Source of the DNA: Clostridia bacterium
GTDB lineage: Bacteria > Bacillota > Clostridia > TANB77 > CAG-508
DNA length: 64,000 nt
Assembly (NCBI GenBank): GCA_017409455.1
Contig: JAFQSS010000028.1
Location: 78,104 to 142,103 of the forward strand
Direction: 5' to 3'
This document shows positions 60,368-64,000 of the stretch, piece after piece (positions within the stretch are counted from its first letter, which is position 1; every line of letters starts with the position of its first letter). A program made the position numbers and the translations under genes. The notes beneath the pieces are model-generated. The model saw nothing but the letters and a program-made list of their open reading frames with translations. It did not search any database and had not been told where the DNA came from.

Positions 60368-60442
60368 AGGGGTATAGTGTTAATGGTAGCACATCGGTCT
60401 CCAAAACCGCTTGTGTGGGTTCGAATCCTACTACCCCTGCCA
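60368..60442 (+). tRNA. tRNA-Trp (anticodon CCA), copy 2
   Basis: AGGGGTA TA GTGT TAATGGTA GCAC A TCGGT CTCCAAA ACCGC TTGT GTGGG TTCGAAT CCTAC TACCCCT G CCA (75 nt; A1-U72, G73). Confidence 0.9.
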
Positions 60443-60446
60443 TCAA

Positions 60447-60486
60447 AACAAAAAAGAAAGAAAAATTTTCTTTCTTTTTTGTTTTA
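60447..60486. terminator. bidirectional terminator shared by tRNA-Trp copy 2 and the native trpS
   Basis: AAAAAAGAAAGAAAAATTTTCTTTCTTTTTTG. Confidence 0.7.
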
Positions 60487-60508
60487 TTATACTAATTACT
60501 AATGCATA

Positions 60509-61528
60509 TTATAACTTGTTAAGAAATCCTACTGCATCATATACTTCATTTAATTTAGTTTCAGCTATTTTATGTGCTTCTTCAGCTCCTTTATTAAGTA
60601 TTTCAGTTATATATGAATTATATTCTGGTGAATTCAATTTATTATATTTTTGTTGTATAATATCAAGTTCATCAGCAACAACTTCTCCAACTGCTACCTT
60701 AAACTTTCCATATCCAACTCCTTGAAACTCTTTTTCGATATCTGTATAAGATTTTCCTGTTATAGCTGAATAAATATTAATAAGATTTTTTATTCCAGGC
60801 TGTTCATCAGAATATCTTACGACATTCTCTGAATCAGTAACAGCTTTTTTAAATTTCTTTATAATAGTATCTCTATCATCTAATAAAGATATATACCCCA
60901 TAGGGTTTGAATCTGATTTAGACATTTTTTTTGTTGGGTCTTGCAAACTCATAATTCTTGCACCAGTTTCAGGTATAAATGCTTCTGGAATTTTAAAAAC
61001 TTCTTTTCCATATGTCGAATTAAATCTTTGTGCAATATCTCTTGTAATTTCTAAATGTTGTCTTTGATCTTCTCCAACAGGAACATAATCAGAATTATAT
61101 AATAAAATATCTGCAGCCATTAAAACAGGATAGTCAAATAACCCCACTCCAACATTAACTTGTTTATGTGATTTATCTTTAAATTGTGTCATTCTACTTA
61201 ATTCTCCCATATATGTGTGACAATTTAGAATCCATCCTAGTTCTGCATGTTCATGCACATGTGATTGTGCAAATATAGTATTAATTTCTGGATCAATCCC
61301 ACATGCTATATATTGCATTATTGTTTTTTTAGTATTTTCTCTTAATACACTAGGATCTTGATGTACTGTAATAGCATGTAAATCTGCAATAAAGAATTTA
61401 CAATCATATTCAGTTTGGATTTTTACCCAATTTTTTAAAGCTCCTAAATAATTACCTAATGTTAATATTCCTGATGGTTGAATACCACTAAGAATAATTT
61501 TTTTGTTCATATTAAACACTCCTCTCAA
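60509..61528 (-). CDS. trpS: tryptophan--tRNA ligase, AT-rich (native-composition) copy
   Basis: 339 aa. GIQPSG.LTLGNYLGA and KMSKS. The likely start is MNKK at 61510. Confidence 0.95.
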   Translation of the reverse strand: MRGVFNMNKKIILSGIQPSGILTLGNYLGALKNWVKIQTEYDCKFFIADLHAITVHQDPSVLRENTKKTIMQYIACGIDPEINTIFAQSHVHEHAELGWILNCHTYMGELSRMTQFKDKSHKQVNVGVGLFDYPVLMAADILLYNSDYVPVGEDQRQHLEITRDIAQRFNSTYGKEVFKIPEAFIPETGARIMSLQDPTKKMSKSDSNPMGYISLLDDRDTIIKKFKKAVTDSENVVRYSDEQPGIKNLINIYSAITGKSYTDIEKEFQGVGYGKFKVAVGEVVADELDIIQQKYNKLNSPEYNSYITEILNKGAEEAHKIAETKLNEVYDAVGFLNKL

Positions 61529-61565
61529 ATTTCAATTTTTCTAAATAACATAACCCTTTTTCTAA

Positions 61566-62450
61566 TTATAACTTAATCAAAATTATAGCTATAAAAATAA
61601 TTATTGCTGCTACTATTTTTTTTGGTAGTTTTTCCCTATCTTTCAAAAATATATAACTTGCAATTACATTAACCAAAACACTTAATGCCGCAATAGGTGC
61701 AACTGTAGTCACGTTTCCTAATTGATAAGCTTTTAATAAAGCTACCATCATAAATCCCCAACCTAAACCGCATAAGACAATTGATTTTTTATCACCCTGT
61801 ACATATTCTTCTTTTATTTCTGAAAATTTAATTCTTCCAAATCCCCAAGTTAAAAAAGCAGGTCCTAATAAAACTAAAGAGCTATATATTGGCAAACTCA
61901 TATTGTCGGATATACTAATATCAAGCATTCTACCTATAGAAGTAAATAAATTAGATAATATTCCAACTAATAAATATTTATTTACACTAAAGCTTCCTTT
62001 AGTAAAAGATATAATTATATTACTTAATACAATTAATCCTGCTCCAATAAACCTAGTTACAATAAAATTCTCTCCAAAAAATAATACTCCTCCGACAGTC
62101 GTAAACACTGTTGGAATTTGGCGTAGTACGCAATATGTCGAAATATCAACATTTTTTATAACATTTGTATTTAATCTTCCTGCAATAGTATAAAAAATAA
62201 TTGCTAAAACTAAAAATACCCAAATTTTATAATCAGAAGGAAAATCCCATCCCATTAATGGACACAAAATTAGAACAGAAAAACCTCCTATTAATTCTAA
62301 AAGAACTGTTAATGCACCATTGTTTTTTACATTTTTTGTTGCTTTTTTATAATTTTGATTATATAAAGTTTCTAATACTAAATATAAGGCTATGAAAGTT
62401 ATCCAAGAATTAAGAATATTCATATTATTCCTCCTCTTATAACATATCAC
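61566..62450 (-). CDS. DMT/EamA-family transporter
   Basis: 294 aa, about 10 TM segments arranged as two EamA-like halves. Confidence 0.65.
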   Translation of the reverse strand: MICYKRRNNMNILNSWITFIALYLVLETLYNQNYKKATKNVKNNGALTVLLELIGGFSVLILCPLMGWDFPSDYKIWVFLVLAIIFYTIAGRLNTNVIKNVDISTYCVLRQIPTVFTTVGGVLFFGENFIVTRFIGAGLIVLSNIIISFTKGSFSVNKYLLVGILSNLFTSIGRMLDISISDNMSLPIYSSLVLLGPAFLTWGFGRIKFSEIKEEYVQGDKKSIVLCGLGWGFMMVALLKAYQLGNVTTVAPIAALSVLVNVIASYIFLKDREKLPKKIVAAIIIFIAIILIKL

Positions 62451-62470
62451 ATTCTACATTAATTTTAAAT

Positions 62471-63736
62471 TTAATTACCTAATTTTTTTTCTAATACTTC
62501 ATCTAATATTGTCATAGCATTAGTCAATTCTTCTTCATTTATTATTAACGGTGGTGCTATCATAATTAAGTTTCTTCTACTTAATGTCCAAAAGCCTCTT
62601 TCGATTAAATCTGGTATAATTTTCGAAATATCATTGTATGGTTGCTTTGTTTCTCTATCTGTTACAAATTCAATACACGCAAATAATCCTTTTACTCTTA
62701 CATCCCCAATATTCTTATATTTTTCCTTAAACTTATTTAAAATTTCACCAAGTTTAATTCCTAATTCCATAGAATTCTTGATTAAATCTTTTTCTTTATA
62801 TTCTTTAATGTTTGCCACTGTAGCAGCACATCCTAGTAAATGTCCATAATTTGTAGAACCACACATTAATGGATGTTCTATAAAAAATTCCGAAATTTCT
62901 TTATTTACGATAACAGCACCAAAAGCAATATATGAACTTGTTATTCCTTTCGAAGTAGTAATTATATCAGGAGTTATATCCCAATTTTCTATACCAAACC
63001 ATTTTCCAGTTCTTCCCCATCCAGTCATTACCTCATCACATACCATTAAAATTCCATATTTATCACATATTTTTCTAACTCCTTGTAAGTAACCTTCTGG
63101 TGGTATAATAACTCCATTACCACCTATTATTGGTTCAACAAAAATAGCCGCAATATCTTTTGGATTTTCATTAATAATTTGATTTTCTAACATTTTTATA
63201 TATATTTCACTCATTTCATTTTCATTTGAAAATTTTAAAATAGAATGATATTTGTCTGGAAATTCAAATTTTACAAATCCTGCAACATCTTTCTCACTAC
63301 TGAATCTTCTAGCATCTCCTGTAAGTGTTCCAGCTCCAATTGTAGAACCATGATAAGAGTTATATGCCGAAAAAATTTTAGTTCTTCCTTTAAACATTCT
63401 TGCTATTTTAATTGCATTTTCATTCGCTTCTGCACCAGATGCTGTAAAATATACCTTTTCCATTCCTAATGGTGCTACACTTAATATTTCTTCTGCAGCT
63501 AATTCTCTTATTTCATTTTTAAAAGCTGACGCTATAAACGGCAATCTATCACATTGCTCTTTTATTGCATTTATAATTCTTGTATTCTTGTGTCCTATAT
63601 TTACATTTATTGCTTGAGATGACATATCATAGCATTTTTTTTCATTAATCCATATATAAATTCCGTCTGCATCAGTTACTTCATAATGGTTATTATCTTT
63701 TTGCATACTCCAAGGGTAAAAATATTTTTCATACAT
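62471..63736 (-). CDS. class-III (omega) aminotransferase, PLP-dependent
   Basis: ASGAEANENAIK, DEVMTGWGRTGKWF and TTSKGITS (PLP-lysine context). Confidence 0.8.
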   Translation of the reverse strand: MYEKYFYPWSMQKDNNHYEVTDADGIYIWINEKKCYDMSSQAINVNIGHKNTRIINAIKEQCDRLPFIASAFKNEIRELAAEEILSVAPLGMEKVYFTASGAEANENAIKIARMFKGRTKIFSAYNSYHGSTIGAGTLTGDARRFSSEKDVAGFVKFEFPDKYHSILKFSNENEMSEIYIKMLENQIINENPKDIAAIFVEPIIGGNGVIIPPEGYLQGVRKICDKYGILMVCDEVMTGWGRTGKWFGIENWDITPDIITTSKGITSSYIAFGAVIVNKEISEFFIEHPLMCGSTNYGHLLGCAATVANIKEYKEKDLIKNSMELGIKLGEILNKFKEKYKNIGDVRVKGLFACIEFVTDRETKQPYNDISKIIPDLIERGFWTLSRRNLIMIAPPLIINEEELTNAMTILDEVLEKKLGN

Positions 63737-63738
63737 AT

Positions 63739-64000
63739 TTATTCTTCTCCTTCATTATAAAAATAATCTTCGTATATTAATTTACATTTTTGTCTTTGAA
63801 CTTTTCTACTTTCTGTTCTAGGAATTTTATTTCCTTTTAAAAATATTACATCATACACATCTAAATTCATTTTTTTCTTAATTTCATCTTTTATAGCTTT
63901 AAAAATAACATCTTTCTGTCCTTTTTGTTTTTCAGTTATCTCTTGAAATATTATTACTCTTTCCTCTCCTTTTTCTTCGATTGAAAAAGCAACATTACTT
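63739..64000 (-). CDS. AMP-dependent acyl ligase (adenylate-forming enzyme), C-terminal 87 codons; 5' part lies beyond the window
   Basis: Hand translation: ...VAFSIEEKGEERVIIFQEITEKQKG...LKGNKIPRTESRKVQRQKCKLIYEDYFYNEGEE* (C-terminal subdomain with the IPRT.S.K motif). The stop is 2 nt before the aminotransferase ATG. Confidence 0.6.
   Translation of the reverse strand, partial: SNVAFSIEEKGEERVIIFQEITEKQKGQKDVIFKAIKDEIKKKMNLDVYDVIFLKGNKIPRTESRKVQRQKCKLIYEDYFYNEGEE

Overview
AT-rich, low-GC Firmicutes (Clostridia-like, apparently spore-forming) chromosomal segment. All calls come from reading the sequence and hand-translating; no searches were run. Most genes are on the minus strand and are housekeeping: nifS (partial), asnS, recD2, truA, cdaA, pdp, rnhB, htrA, dprA, folD, ligA, a short alaS, ktrAB, groES/groEL with CIRCE, and trpS. 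A giant cyclic beta-1,2-glucan synthase-like gene is also present. Three accessory areas stand out. (1) 4.9-5.9 kb holds a RAYT-like Y1 transposase bracketed by inverted clusters of a GGACNGTCC palindromic repeat, which recurs right after stop codons at four or more other places. (2) 25.4-38.4 kb is a ~13-kb mobilizable element with a large serine recombinase at one end. It is inserted inside the sporulation regulator gene spoIIID; the two gene halves and a 7-bp direct-repeat core are readable. Its cargo is MobV/oriT, a sortase B plus SPKTG surface metalloprotease operon, and an AlbA_2-type protein. (3) 50.6-60.4 kb is a mosaic containing a ParE-type TA pair, an IS3 element, tRNA-Leu 3' att-like remnants, a MobC/relaxase/TnpV module, and a higher-GC block. 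That block carries a GNAT gene and a second, diverged trpS that faces two tRNA-Trp genes and the native trpS. A ~380-nt strand-specifically structured sequence occurs upstream of both mobilization modules. A 445-bp palindromic MITE-like element lies upstream of htrA. Four genes are interrupted: cgs, ktrB and tnpV by frameshifts, and alaS by an in-frame TAG. This could be decay or assembly error. No CRISPR array, rRNA or convincing riboswitch was seen.
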